The translations under genes were made by a program, and so were the position numbers. This document shows positions 47,000 to 56,955 of a stretch of DNA of 64,000 bases, piece by piece. Source of the DNA: Spirochaetia bacterium (GTDB lineage: Bacteria > Spirochaetota > Spirochaetia > DSM-2461); the NCBI GenBank assembly GCA_963668315.1, contig OY764216.1:1824001-1888000 (forward strand). Direction: 5' to 3'. The stretch's first letter is position 1, and every line of letters starts with the position of its first letter. The notes under the pieces were generated by a model that worked only from the letters and a program-made list of their open reading frames with translations, was not told the DNA's origin and did not search any database.

Positions 47000-47679
47000 A
47001 GTTTACCATTTTGACGCTGTTCCCCGATATTGTGGAGGCGTTCTTTACGTCCAGCATCATGGCCAAGGCCGTGGAGCGGGGGCTGATTGAGTACGAGCTT
47101 GTCAATATTCGGGATTTCGCCCATGACAAGCACAGAACCTGCGACGATGCCCCCTACGGCGGCGGTGCGGGAATGGTGCTGAAAGCGGAACCTCTGGCAG
47201 GAGCCCTCGATTCGGTGGGCGCCCTGGAAAAAAGAGTGGTTTTTCCCACTCCTTCCGGAGTTCCCTATACGCAGAAGAGGGCCGAAGAGTATGCCGCTCT
47301 TGATGAGATTGTCCTTATCTGTGGTCGTTACGAAGGGATTGATCAGAGAATTATCGATCTTTACGTGGACGACGAAGTCACTATCGGAGACTATGTGCTT
47401 TCCTCCGGGGAAGTCTCCTCTCTGGTATTGATAGATTCGGTTTACCGGCTGTGCGACGGGGTTATCACCCGGGAGTCCCTGGAGGAGGAAAGCTTTCAGG
47501 ATTCCCTTCTGGAATATCCCCATTACACCCGGCCCGAGGAGTTCCGGGGACTGACCGTTCCCGAGATTCTTATGGGAGGTCACCACGCCAAAATAGAGGA
47601 GTGGCGCCTGGAGAAGCGGATCGAAAAGACAAAGAAAAACAGGCCCGATCTTTGGGACTTAAAGAAGAGTATCGAATAG
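46996..47679 (+). CDS. trmD: tRNA (guanine37-N1)-methyltransferase
   Basis: [43 protein letters not shown]; start 46996. Confidence 0.98.
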   Translation: MKFTILTLFPDIVEAFFTSSIMAKAVERGLIEYELVNIRDFAHDKHRTCDDAPYGGGAGMVLKAEPLAGALDSVGALEKRVVFPTPSGVPYTQKRAEEYAALDEIVLICGRYEGIDQRIIDLYVDDEVTIGDYVLSSGEVSSLVLIDSVYRLCDGVITRESLEEESFQDSLLEYPHYTRPEEFRGLTVPEILMGGHHAKIEEWRLEKRIEKTKKNRPDLWDLKKSIE

Positions 47680-47693
47680 TCAGGAGGATACTA

Positions 47694-48065
47694 ATGGATA
47701 TGATTAAGGCCATTGAGGCTGAGCAGGTGAAGGACGACCGGGAAAACTACCGGATCGGTGACACCGTTAAGGTTTTCTTCAAGATTGTTGAAGGAAAAAC
47801 CGAACGTGTACAGATCTACGAAGGACTGGTTATCGCCCTTAACAACACCGGCGTATCCCGGACCGTAACCGTAAGAAAAATGTCTTATGGCGTCGGCGTT
47901 GAAAGGATTTTTCCCATCCACAGCCCCCGTATTGAAAAAATCGAGGTTGTCAGGCCGGGTAAAATCAGAAGAGCCAAACTTTACTACATCCGTGACCGGG
48001 TTGGTAAGAAGGCTAAGGTTAAGGAACTTATCCGTTCCAAAAAGGATCAGAAGGCTGCCAATTAA
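47694..48065 (+). CDS. rplS: 50S ribosomal protein L19
   Basis: [33 protein letters not shown]; start 47694 after AGGAGG. Confidence 0.98.
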   Translation: MDMIKAIEAEQVKDDRENYRIGDTVKVFFKIVEGKTERVQIYEGLVIALNNTGVSRTVTVRKMSYGVGVERIFPIHSPRIEKIEVVRPGKIRRAKLYYIRDRVGKKAKVKELIRSKKDQKAAN

Positions 48066-48167
48066 TCGGCCCGACGGTATATCCGGAAAGGGAATCCCCC
48101 TTTTTGATCTGACACAGGGATTTTTAATCCCGTAGATATGACTCCTCCGGGAATCCGCTATCGAAAT

Positions 48168-48196
48168 AATCCACCGTTCTGCGGTGGATTTTTTTT
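48168..48196 (+). terminator. Intrinsic terminator of the ffh-rplS operon
   Basis: AATCCACCG/CGGTGGATT stem plus T-run. Confidence 0.8.
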
Positions 48197-48219
48197 GCCT
48201 TTCACGCTAGGATGGCATC

Positions 48220-49059
48220 ATGCGAACGATAGAATGTAAACGGATAACATCCGCGGTTAAGGAAGCGCTTCTGAAAGCGGGCGTCATCCTGCCCGATGAT
48301 GTCAAAGGGGCCCTGGAAAGGGCTGCCGCGAAGGAGACGGGAAGGGCTTCTCTTGTCCTTAACCGCTGTCTGGAAAACATAGGTGTGGCCGAAAAGGAGA
48401 ACATGCCCCTTTGTCAGGATACGGGTATGGTCCTTTTTTTCTGCGAGATCGGACGGGATGTCCAACTGGACGGTTCTCTGGATAAAGCCCTCGAAAAGGC
48501 CGTTGAAGAGGCTTACAGCGAGGGGTATTTTCGTAAATCCGTTGTTGTCGATCCAGTGAAAGACAGAAAGAACAGCGGCACCAATCTCCCGCCCGTAATC
48601 TATCACGAACTCACGGAAGGTTCGGAAATCCGCATAAACCTGCTGCTGAAAGGGTTCGGGAGCGAAAACTGTTCCCGGATTCATATGCTCAAGCCCACCT
48701 GCGGACGGCAGGGAGTGGTGGATGCCGTCCTGGCGACCATCAGGGAAGCCGGCGGTTCCCCCTGTCCCCCCATTGTCGTGGGCATCGGCCTGGGCGGTAC
48801 CATGGATAAGGCGGCCGTGCTCTCCAAGAAAGCGCTCTGCCGGTCCCTGGATTCCCATCACGCCGATCCCTGGTATGATGAGCTGGAACAGGATCTTTTG
48901 AAGAAGATAAACGAAACCGGTATCGGCGGCGGAGGACTGGGGGGGGATTTCACCGCTCTGGGAGTGAAGATAGAAACCTATCCCACCCATATCGCCGGGC
49001 TCCCCCTGGCTGTTTCGATTAATTGCTGGGCCGACAGAAAAGGGGAGGTCGTACTATGA
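48220..49059 (+). CDS. Fe-S hydro-lyase (class I fumarate hydratase/tartrate dehydratase) alpha subunit
   Basis: CQDTG, KGFGSEN, CPP..VG.G.GG, THIAGLP, CWA. Confidence 0.93.
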   Translation: MRTIECKRITSAVKEALLKAGVILPDDVKGALERAAAKETGRASLVLNRCLENIGVAEKENMPLCQDTGMVLFFCEIGRDVQLDGSLDKALEKAVEEAYSEGYFRKSVVVDPVKDRKNSGTNLPPVIYHELTEGSEIRINLLLKGFGSENCSRIHMLKPTCGRQGVVDAVLATIREAGGSPCPPIVVGIGLGGTMDKAAVLSKKALCRSLDSHHADPWYDELEQDLLKKINETGIGGGGLGGDFTALGVKIETYPTHIAGLPLAVSINCWADRKGEVVL

Positions 49060-49586
49060 GTGCAGATGTTAAACAGGTCACGGCTCCCCTGAGCGAGGCC
49101 GATCTGGCCGCGTTTCGGGCCGGGGAGGAGATTGAACTGACCGGTTCTATTCTGGTCGGTCGGGATCAGGCCCATCTGCGGCTTTGCGAGACCCTGGACC
49201 GGGGCGAGGAACTGCCCCTGGATATACGGGGAGAAACCATCTACTACATGGGGCCGGCGCCCACCCCTCCCGGCAAAGTCATCGGCTCGGCCGGTCCTAC
49301 GACGGCCTACCGCATGGATCCCTTCGCCCCCCGTCTGCTGGATCTGGGACTTAAGGGCATGATCGGCAAAGGACCCCGCTCGGCGGAGGTTCTGGAGGCC
49401 GTGAAGCGTAACGGAGCGGTCTATTTTTACGCCTTCGGCGGATGCGGGGCCCTTTATGCGGAGCGGATCACGGCCGCCGAATGCGTCGCCTATGAAGATC
49501 TGGGGCCGGAGGCTATTTTCCGGCTGGAGGTAGAGCGCTTTCCCCTTGTCGTCGCCGCCGATGCCCGGGGCAACAGCGTTTATTAA
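49056..49586 (+). CDS. Fe-S hydro-lyase beta subunit
   Basis: RDQAH, GPTT..RM, IGKG, DLGPEA; start 49056. Confidence 0.93.
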   Translation: MSADVKQVTAPLSEADLAAFRAGEEIELTGSILVGRDQAHLRLCETLDRGEELPLDIRGETIYYMGPAPTPPGKVIGSAGPTTAYRMDPFAPRLLDLGLKGMIGKGPRSAEVLEAVKRNGAVYFYAFGGCGALYAERITAAECVAYEDLGPEAIFRLEVERFPLVVAADARGNSVY

Positions 49587-49630
49587 TCGATTTGAGAAAA
49601 CGGCCCCGCACGGTCATAGCGGGGCGGAAT

Positions 49631-51235
49631 TCAGGAGAGATCGAGCTCCCAGTAGATATTGTTATCTTCTGTGTAAATCCGCCAGCGCTGATGTACGGCG
49701 GGGAAAAACTCTCCGAAACTTACCAGCCCGATGATATCCAGCTGAGTCAGGGCATCGGGATCGAAGTAGAGATCGACTGTCAGCTCCGAAACACCGTCCA
49801 TAATCCGGTTCAGGGCTTCGTGCCATTTGATATAGCTTTCCAGGGGAAGATATAGATCTTCTCTGTTCCGCCAGACAAAGCAGGATTTGAGAAAACTCTT
49901 CTGAAGATCGGCCGGCTCAAGATCATTAAGCTCTTCCAGCTCGTGTCCTTCCTGTTCCAGCCAGATGCCGAAGCGGTCTAGCAGAACCGTCGGTGTCAGT
50001 TCCAGGGCATCGCAGGCCGTTTTGAACCAGATGGAGGCCAGGCCCCGGGTGTAGAAAAAATCACATAGTTCGGTAAGGCGGGCCGCTTCCTGCAGGTCCT
50101 CGTCAGTAAAACCCGGCCGGCCGGTCACCAGCCGCTCGGGCGTTCCGTCATGGCGGAGATTCCATTCGGCCGCTTTCTCGTATAATTCGGTTCCCGGCAG
50201 AAGGGACAGGGGAAAGATATCCAGGTTGGAGGGAGATAGGTTCAGGGCAAAGTCCACGCTCTCGCGGAAGCCGTTCAGGCTGTCCCCGGGAAGACCGTAG
50301 ATCAGATCGAATCCGTAAACCAGGTAGTTCTGTTCCAGAGTCTTGATCTTCTTTTTGAACTGCTGCGGTTTGATGGGCCGGTTGAGAAGGTTCATGACAT
50401 GGCTCTGGGAACTCTGCAGGCCTATCTGCAGGGAGGCCACCAGCTTTCCGAACAGGCGGGCCTGTTCGGGGGTGACCCGCTCCGCACGGATCTCAAAGGT
50501 GAAGTGGATATGGGGGGCTTCCTTGACGAGAAGTTTAAGAAATTCCAGGCAGAATTCCTCATTGTGGTTGAACGTGGAGTCGAGGATCCAGATGTCCCGT
50601 ACATCCTTCTTTACAAAGAGTTTGAGTTCTTCCTGGAGCCGGCTGATGGGGTAGCGCCGCACCCAGCCGTGGTTTCGGGCTTCATAGCAATAGGCGCAAT
50701 TATAGGGGCAGCCCCGGGAGAGCTCCCAGAGGACGCCGTCGTACTGGCCGGGATCTATCGCCCCCGAGAGGAAGGGGGAGGGCAGAAGTTCCAGATTCAC
50801 CTGGCTTCCCTTTATTATTTGTGTCTCTTTCTGCCGTCCCGAGTTTATCACTTCTTCAAGGACGTTCTCCCCTTCGTTGAGAATCAGAAAATCGAACAGG
50901 TCCTTCTCTTCGAACTCTTCAGGGACAACGGTAATGTGGGGTCCGCCGGCAAAAAGATTGAGGTCAGGGTTCTCCTTTCTGAGGAGAGAGGCCGCTTCTC
51001 TTACATGGGGGGCATTCCAGATATAAACGGAAAATCCAATGGCATCGTATTGGCCGTCGGACAGTTTTTTAGCAATATACTGGGGGGTATCTTCCAGGGT
51101 GAATTCTTTGATCTCGGTATTACTGTTCAGGCCTCCGGGAAGGGCGGCCTTGAGTTGGGCGGCTGCCAGGGGAAAGGCCAGACTGTTAGCTTCAACATGG
51201 ATAGTCACCAGGGCCGTCTTTGGGGTGTTACTCAT
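49631..51235 (-). CDS. B12-binding radical SAM protein
   Basis: GFSVYIWN, GGPH, EGE, ELSRGCPYNCAYC, DLIYGLPGD. Confidence 0.92.
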   Translation of the reverse strand: MSNTPKTALVTIHVEANSLAFPLAAAQLKAALPGGLNSNTEIKEFTLEDTPQYIAKKLSDGQYDAIGFSVYIWNAPHVREAASLLRKENPDLNLFAGGPHITVVPEEFEEKDLFDFLILNEGENVLEEVINSGRQKETQIIKGSQVNLELLPSPFLSGAIDPGQYDGVLWELSRGCPYNCAYCYEARNHGWVRRYPISRLQEELKLFVKKDVRDIWILDSTFNHNEEFCLEFLKLLVKEAPHIHFTFEIRAERVTPEQARLFGKLVASLQIGLQSSQSHVMNLLNRPIKPQQFKKKIKTLEQNYLVYGFDLIYGLPGDSLNGFRESVDFALNLSPSNLDIFPLSLLPGTELYEKAAEWNLRHDGTPERLVTGRPGFTDEDLQEAARLTELCDFFYTRGLASIWFKTACDALELTPTVLLDRFGIWLEQEGHELEELNDLEPADLQKSFLKSCFVWRNREDLYLPLESYIKWHEALNRIMDGVSELTVDLYFDPDALTQLDIIGLVSFGEFFPAVHQRWRIYTEDNNIYWELDLS

Positions 51236-51314
51236 ACTCCTATGATAGGCGTAGGAGAGGCAAAATGCAATAAGAGGGCGTAACTTATTTAATAAACCGG
51301 GGGTATATTCCGTT

Positions 51315-51659
51315 TTACAGAAGAGGATTAACGATCCTGTCGGGGAACAGGCGACTTAATGTCTGAATCAGCTTAAGAACTTCCAGCTGGTATTTATTGA
51401 GAAGACCCATTTTCCTGTGACTGACCAGAAGCGGAATGCCCCTTTCCAGTTCGGACATGACAAAGGTCAGTTCCCTGTCATTGAGGAAATGGGAGAGGCG
51501 TTTCCAGAATTCCATTTGAATCTCTTCGTCCTGGAGGGATATCCAGGTTCCGCTGTCCATGGGCTTTGGTCCTTCTTCCGGGAAAGGATTTCCCTGTTTT
51601 GCCCATTTTATCCCAGGAAAGAGAGAAAGTCGAGACATTGGGACCGGGAAGTTTGCCAT
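51315..51659 (-). CDS. Hypothetical protein
   Basis: Fills an otherwise empty 345-bp gap; possible GGAG SD; no recognisable motif. Confidence 0.5.
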   Translation of the reverse strand: MANFPVPMSRLSLFPGIKWAKQGNPFPEEGPKPMDSGTWISLQDEEIQMEFWKRLSHFLNDRELTFVMSELERGIPLLVSHRKMGLLNKYQLEVLKLIQTLSRLFPDRIVNPLL

Positions 51660-51769
51660 GCGGGTGTATCTCCGGCTTGTCAGGAAAATGGTAGTGTATT
51701 AGTATGAGAGGAAATGCTCGGGAGTCTTTACTTCAAGACAGGGAAGGCTCCCTTATATCCGGAGGAAAC

Positions 51770-53191
51770 GTGAACAGGGTAGAGGACTGCGGCGGCCAGG
51801 AAAGATTCAGGATATGTTTTATCAGCGGAAAACTGGGAGATGTGGACGGCGTTTCCCTTGAAGTGGATAAGTGGATAACCGTCCTGCAGGAAGCGGGGCA
51901 TGAAATCTACACCATCGCCGGTCGTTATGCCAAGCCCGTTCAGAATGTGTCTGTTAAGAATCAGTTTGTCCTTCCGGAGATAGATTTTTCCTCCAAAGAG
52001 CAGAAAAGCTATGAAACTCAGCTTTTTCCCTTTCTAAGCAAGAGGCCCCCCCTGATCATGGAGGAGGAGCTGGAGGCGGTACGGAATAGACTGATGGCCC
52101 ACGGCAGGGATGTGGCCAATCAGATGTACGAGATCATCCAGAGCCACGATATCGATGTGCTGGTGGGGCAGAATACCAACGCCATGCCCATGACCCTGCT
52201 GGGGGGGATCGCCGTTTACCTGCTGGCCACGAAAATGCGTGTCGCCACCGTGTTTCACCACCATGATTTCTGGTGGGAGAGAAGCCGCTTCAGCAATAAC
52301 AACATAGAGGATCTTCTGAATAAGATCATGCCGCCCGCCGATCTGGGAACGGAGCATGTGGTCATCTCTTCCTATGCCGCCCATATTCTGGAATCCATCA
52401 AGCGGGTTAAGCCCTTTATCATTAATAATTGTGAGGATTTTGATAATCCCCCGGTGAGGGATGACTACAACAGCGACTTCAGGGAGCAGCTGGGATATGA
52501 CAGGGATGATATTCTGATTATCCAGCCCACCCGTATCGTCCCCCGCAAGAGGATCGAGGATTCGGTCAGGCTGGTGGGAAAGTTTCAGCGGGCCCATCCC
52601 GAACTGGCACCCCGGGTCAAGTTCATCATCTCCCTTTACCAGGGAGATGAAAGGGACTCCAGCTATATCGAGTCCATTATGGGCCTGGCCAAGAGGATGG
52701 ACGTACAGCTGGACCTCATATCCCACCGTGTCGCCGCGGTGAGAGGGACCGACGAAGAGGGACGTAAGCTTTATACCAACAGGGATGTTCTTGTCAATGC
52801 CGATATCGTGACCTATCTTCCCGTTTGGGAAGGATTCGGCAATGCCCTGCTGGAAGCCGTTGCCGCCAGGGTTCCCGTTATGACGACCACCTATCTGGTC
52901 TATAAAACGGACATTATGGGCGTGGGGCTCAAGACCATAGAAGTCCGGGACGATTACGACAAATACGGCCGCCTTATCATCACCGAGGATATACTGGAGA
53001 AAATGTACCGGGCCCTCACCGACGGGGATTACCGAAAGGATATGGTCGAGACCAGTTTTGATGTGGCCGGTAAGCATTTCGGATACGCAAAACTGCGTGA
53101 AAAACTCGCCGATGTGATGGAAAGCTATGCCGATGAGATACGGGCGTCCCGGAAGAGGCTGCACAAGAGCAAGAAAGATTTCTATGTATAG
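51770..53191 (+). CDS. GT4 glycosyltransferase, mannosylglucosylglycerate-synthase-like
   Basis: DGVSLE..KW, HHHDFWWER, QPTRIVPRKRIE, EGFGNALLE; GTG 51770 has GGAGG SD (51704 is an alternative start). Confidence 0.85.
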   Translation: MNRVEDCGGQERFRICFISGKLGDVDGVSLEVDKWITVLQEAGHEIYTIAGRYAKPVQNVSVKNQFVLPEIDFSSKEQKSYETQLFPFLSKRPPLIMEEELEAVRNRLMAHGRDVANQMYEIIQSHDIDVLVGQNTNAMPMTLLGGIAVYLLATKMRVATVFHHHDFWWERSRFSNNNIEDLLNKIMPPADLGTEHVVISSYAAHILESIKRVKPFIINNCEDFDNPPVRDDYNSDFREQLGYDRDDILIIQPTRIVPRKRIEDSVRLVGKFQRAHPELAPRVKFIISLYQGDERDSSYIESIMGLAKRMDVQLDLISHRVAAVRGTDEEGRKLYTNRDVLVNADIVTYLPVWEGFGNALLEAVAARVPVMTTTYLVYKTDIMGVGLKTIEVRDDYDKYGRLIITEDILEKMYRALTDGDYRKDMVETSFDVAGKHFGYAKLREKLADVMESYADEIRASRKRLHKSKKDFYV

Positions 53192-53198
53192 GGGTGAA

Positions 53199-53266
53199 TT
53201 TAAACAGGAATTTTAACTTGATTTAACATTGCCTTTATTGTCAACCAGGCGGCCGTCTTACATAAT
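53199..53266 (+). promoter_or_regulatory. Promoter of the two-component operon with upstream TTTAAM direct repeats
   Basis: TTTAAA(53199), TTTAAC(53212), TTTAAC(53222), then TTGTCA(53238)-N17-CATAAT(53261). Confidence 0.55.
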
Positions 53267-53275
53267 ACGGGTATT

Positions 53276-54925
53276 ATGTTTCAGAAAATAATGGTTGCAA
53301 CGGCCATTACCTGCGTTTTGCTGATCAGTATTCTCTTCCTCTTCATTTTCATGGGCATGCATGAAGCCATGGCAACAGAGCATGAGAGGATTGAACGGTA
53401 TGTTTTCTCCACGACCGGAAACGCCGTTCATGTCATACGTAACGAGATACTGTTTTTATTTGAGAACTATTCCGAAGAGATGAGGGAGATGGACTTTTCC
53501 GATTGGGACGGCGATGTGAAATCCCTGCCCCTCAAGGAGGTTCATCAGCTTGTCGATTTTCCCCGTATCATTGTTGATACCTACTTCGTCCGCCCCGGTG
53601 AGATACGGAAACCGTCCGAAGAATATGCAGAGATGATGCCCTTCTATCTGGAATTTCTCAAAAATATGACGTCCGATTCGGGCAAAAAGAATATTTCCCT
53701 TATAAATATCTATAATCTTCAGGGGTTTATGGCCTTTCCTGTCAAACAGGGATCAGACGGCGGGTTAATGGGTTATCTGGTTGTCATTCTGGATATCCGT
53801 CATGTGGTTGAGGAATATCTTCCCGCCCGGCTCAGGGCGGAGCTGGATACGTCCGAGAAAGGCGGCAGGCGGGATACGAAGCAGGAGTACTTCGTGTTTC
53901 TGAAAGAAGGGGAAAAACTGAGGCCTGATAAAACTCCCTTTCTTATCGACCTGAATCGGGATTTCAACCTTTTTAATCTGCAGGACTATTATTATACCAG
54001 ACCGGATGCTTTTTTCTCTCTTATGAAGAATCATACCATCACCGATAACCACACCTATCTGGTCGTGTATCACAGGGAGGCGGAGCCGGGAGCCTTTCTG
54101 AAAAAGAAAATCCGTAATTATCTTCTGCTCTCTGTCCTTTATCTTTTTCTGGTAGGAGTCCTGCTTTTGTTCCTCTATTCCGTGTACAGGATAAAACGGG
54201 AATTCCACCGGGAGCAGCAGTTCACCTCTCTGATCTCCCATGAGCTGAAGACCCCTTTGAGCGTCATCCAGCTGGCTTCCGACAGCCTGGCGGGGGGATT
54301 CGTTACAGAGAAGGAGAATGTGGCCGAATACGGAGACATGATTAAGAATGAGACCGGCAGGCTGGGACGGATGATTGAGAATATTCTTCTTATTTCGACC
54401 CTCTCATGGTCGGGCGCAAAAATGGAATCCCTCTCTGTGGAGACTCTTCTGGAGGAGATAAAGGGAGCTCATCAGGCACTTATGCGCAAGTTCGCCATTC
54501 ATTGGATCGAGGAAAATCACCTGGGCAGCAGATACTTCTCCACCAATGCCTCCCTTCTTAAGGCGGCTCTTCAGAACCTTGTCCATAACGGCATAATATA
54601 CGGAGCGGACCGGTCGGATGACAAAACTCTTATTTTTAGGGTTGAGCTTCAGAGGAGAAGGAGGGAAGGCATTCTGTTTTCCGTCATAGACCACGGTCCG
54701 GGAATCAGCAGGAATGAGGCACAGAAAATCTTTGACAGTTATTACAGAGGACAGGATATCCGCGAGAATCAGCTTCCCGGAAGCGGCATGGGCCTGGCAT
54801 TGTCACGCAAGATAGCCGAAGGCCTGGGAGGCACGCTCACCCTGAACCGTTCTGTTAAAGGGGAAACCGCTTTTGAGCTGTGGATACCTCTGAGGAAATA
54901 TGATGAAAAAAATACTGATGATTGA
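53276..54925 (+). CDS. Membrane sensor histidine kinase
   Basis: Two TM helices flanking a periplasmic domain; SHELKTPL, N box, DHGPG, GSGMGL. Confidence 0.95.
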   Translation: MFQKIMVATAITCVLLISILFLFIFMGMHEAMATEHERIERYVFSTTGNAVHVIRNEILFLFENYSEEMREMDFSDWDGDVKSLPLKEVHQLVDFPRIIVDTYFVRPGEIRKPSEEYAEMMPFYLEFLKNMTSDSGKKNISLINIYNLQGFMAFPVKQGSDGGLMGYLVVILDIRHVVEEYLPARLRAELDTSEKGGRRDTKQEYFVFLKEGEKLRPDKTPFLIDLNRDFNLFNLQDYYYTRPDAFFSLMKNHTITDNHTYLVVYHREAEPGAFLKKKIRNYLLLSVLYLFLVGVLLLFLYSVYRIKREFHREQQFTSLISHELKTPLSVIQLASDSLAGGFVTEKENVAEYGDMIKNETGRLGRMIENILLISTLSWSGAKMESLSVETLLEEIKGAHQALMRKFAIHWIEENHLGSRYFSTNASLLKAALQNLVHNGIIYGADRSDDKTLIFRVELQRRRREGILFSVIDHGPGISRNEAQKIFDSYYRGQDIRENQLPGSGMGLALSRKIAEGLGGTLTLNRSVKGETAFELWIPLRKYDEKNTDD

Positions 54926-55625
54926 AGACGATAACGGCCTGGCCAGGATCGTGGGTGACAGACTGAAGGCCGAGGGTTATGAATTCCATAGGGCCTCCGA
55001 CGGTCTTGAGGGAAGAAATATGGCTCTCGGCGAAGAGTACGATGTCCTTCTGGTCGATCTGATGCTCCCCGGATGCAGCGGTTTTGATATCATAAGGGAG
55101 ATAAGGAACCGGGGAGTTCTGACACCAGTCATTATTCTGAGCGCTAAATTTCAAATGACCGACAAGGTGTCCGGATTGAGGCTGGGCGCCGATGACTATC
55201 TGGTCAAGCCCTTTGAGTTTGACGAGCTTCTTGCCCGCGTGGAGGCCCAGCTGAGAAGGTCGGATTATAACTCCTTGGGAACGGGTGAAAGCGGGGACGA
55301 CTGGCTGGACCTTTCCCGGGAGGACTTTGATTTCGGGAACTTTACCCTGAGTTTTAAGAATTGTGAACTGCATCGGCAGGGAGAGCTTATCCCCCTTTCT
55401 CATATCGAGTTCAAACTGATTTCCTACCTTATTCTTCATCAGGACAGAGTGGTGCCTAACGAGGAGTTGCTGGAGCAGGTATGGCGGTACGATGAGACCG
55501 TATCCACAAGAACTCTCTATGTTCATATCGCCTGGCTCAGAAAAAAGCTTCAGGAGGAACAGGATCAGAAGGACTTTATCCGGACCGTGAGAGGCGTGGG
55601 ATATCGTTTTTCCCGGGCGGCATAA
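54900..55625 (+). CDS. OmpR/PhoB-family response regulator
   Basis: IEDD, DLMLP, GADDYLVKPF, winged helix VHIAWLRKK..TVRGVGY. Confidence 0.96.
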   Translation: MMKKILMIEDDNGLARIVGDRLKAEGYEFHRASDGLEGRNMALGEEYDVLLVDLMLPGCSGFDIIREIRNRGVLTPVIILSAKFQMTDKVSGLRLGADDYLVKPFEFDELLARVEAQLRRSDYNSLGTGESGDDWLDLSREDFDFGNFTLSFKNCELHRQGELIPLSHIEFKLISYLILHQDRVVPNEELLEQVWRYDETVSTRTLYVHIAWLRKKLQEEQDQKDFIRTVRGVGYRFSRAA

Positions 55626-55692
55626 AAAAAACGTCAGATTTTTCTTCCATTTTTTCCATTGATGACTTATCTTGTAGTAAAGGAGTTGTGTA

Positions 55693-56061
55693 ATGGATAT
55701 CTTTAAATGTGAATTATGCGGTAATATCGTAGAGATGGTTCATGTCGGCGGCGGAACACTTGTGTGCTGCGGACAGAATATGGTCAAACTGGAAGCGAAA
55801 ACCGCTGACAGTGCTACGGAAAAACACGTTCCTCTTATTGCTAAAGAGGCAGACGGTTACCGCGTAACCGTAGGCAGTACTCTTCATCCCATGACGGATG
55901 AGCACTGGATTCAGTGGATTGAGTTAAGTGTTGACGGAATGATTATGAGGCAGAAACTGAATCCCGGAGACAAGCCGGAAGCTTTCTTCTGTGTTGAAGC
56001 AGGGAAGGATGTTTCCGCCCGTGAATATTGTAATCTCCACGGATTGTGGAAAGGAGAGTGA
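55693..56061 (+). CDS. dfx: Desulfoferrodoxin (2Fe superoxide reductase)
   Basis: [29 protein letters not shown]. Confidence 0.96.
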   Translation: MDIFKCELCGNIVEMVHVGGGTLVCCGQNMVKLEAKTADSATEKHVPLIAKEADGYRVTVGSTLHPMTDEHWIQWIELSVDGMIMRQKLNPGDKPEAFFCVEAGKDVSAREYCNLHGLWKGE

Positions 56062-56064
56062 TTT

Positions 56065-56226
56065 ATGAAGAAATACGTTTGCAGTGCATGCGGATACATT
56101 TATGATCCGGAAGACGGCGATCCTGAAAACGGTGTAGATCCCGGTACGGCTTGGGAAGATGTTCCTGAAGACTGGGTTTGTCCCGTTTGCGGAGTAGGAA
56201 AAGATCAGTTCGAGCTGGAAGATTAA
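56065..56226 (+). CDS. Rubredoxin (53 aa); absent from ORF track
   Basis: Translates [60 protein letters not shown]. Confidence 0.97.
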   Translation: MKKYVCSACGYIYDPEDGDPENGVDPGTAWEDVPEDWVCPVCGVGKDQFELED

Positions 56227-56243
56227 GCTCGTTTATTCCATAG

Positions 56244-56282
56244 GAAGCGGCCGTTTCTTCGAGGAGGGACGGCCGTTTCTTT
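56244..56282. terminator. Terminator hairpin between rubredoxin and the convergent prsW-like gene
   Basis: GAAGCGGCCGTTTC/GGGACGGCCGTTTC stem. Confidence 0.7.
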
Positions 56283-56955
56283 ATGACAGCCCCAGGCGCC
56301 TGTCCTCGGCGAGGGCTTTTTTCATCAGTTTGAACAGAAGGGGATAGAGAATCACCAGAAGGGGTAGGATAAGCAGATCGGGAAGGACCGGAGAGAATAC
56401 GATAAAATCATAGAATCCGTGGATCAGGACGGCTATGAGGAGTCCCCGGCCGAAATAGTTTTTGTTTCCGAAATAGCTGAGTCCTATATAGTACCCCATG
56501 AACCCCGAGGAAAGGGCATGGAGGGGGACGGAGGTGATACCCCTCAGCAGGAGGATGCCCACCATGCCGGAAGAGCCCATCCCGTACATCATATTTTCGT
56601 AGAAGGCGAAACCGAGTCCTGCCGTTACCGCATAGACAATCCCGTCGGTTATCTCATCGAAACCGGCTCTCCTGGCGGAATATCCTCTGACCACCCACAT
56701 TTTTACCGCTTCCTCGCACAGGCCGGCCACGATAAAAGCCCGGAAGAAGTTGAACCACAGGGGAGGGATCAGGTAGCTTCCCAGGGATAGAACAGATTCC
56801 ATGATGACCGCCGGGAGGATCGAGAGCACCCCCAGGAAAAATGTCCGGGCGATCAGGCCGGCCGGCTCTTCCTTGTTGCTGTCCCTCTTCAGAAAGACCC
56901 GCAGCAGGAACAGGGCCGGCAGAAAAGAGAGCCCCGCCAGAATCAGATAGTACAA
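56281..56955 (-). CDS. PrsW-family glutamic intramembrane protease
   Basis: EE..K, DGIVY..GLGFAFYEN, R..VPLHA, H..YD. Confidence 0.92.
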   Translation of the reverse strand: MYYLILAGLSFLPALFLLRVFLKRDSNKEEPAGLIARTFFLGVLSILPAVIMESVLSLGSYLIPPLWFNFFRAFIVAGLCEEAVKMWVVRGYSARRAGFDEITDGIVYAVTAGLGFAFYENMMYGMGSSGMVGILLLRGITSVPLHALSSGFMGYYIGLSYFGNKNYFGRGLLIAVLIHGFYDFIVFSPVLPDLLILPLLVILYPLLFKLMKKALAEDRRLGLS

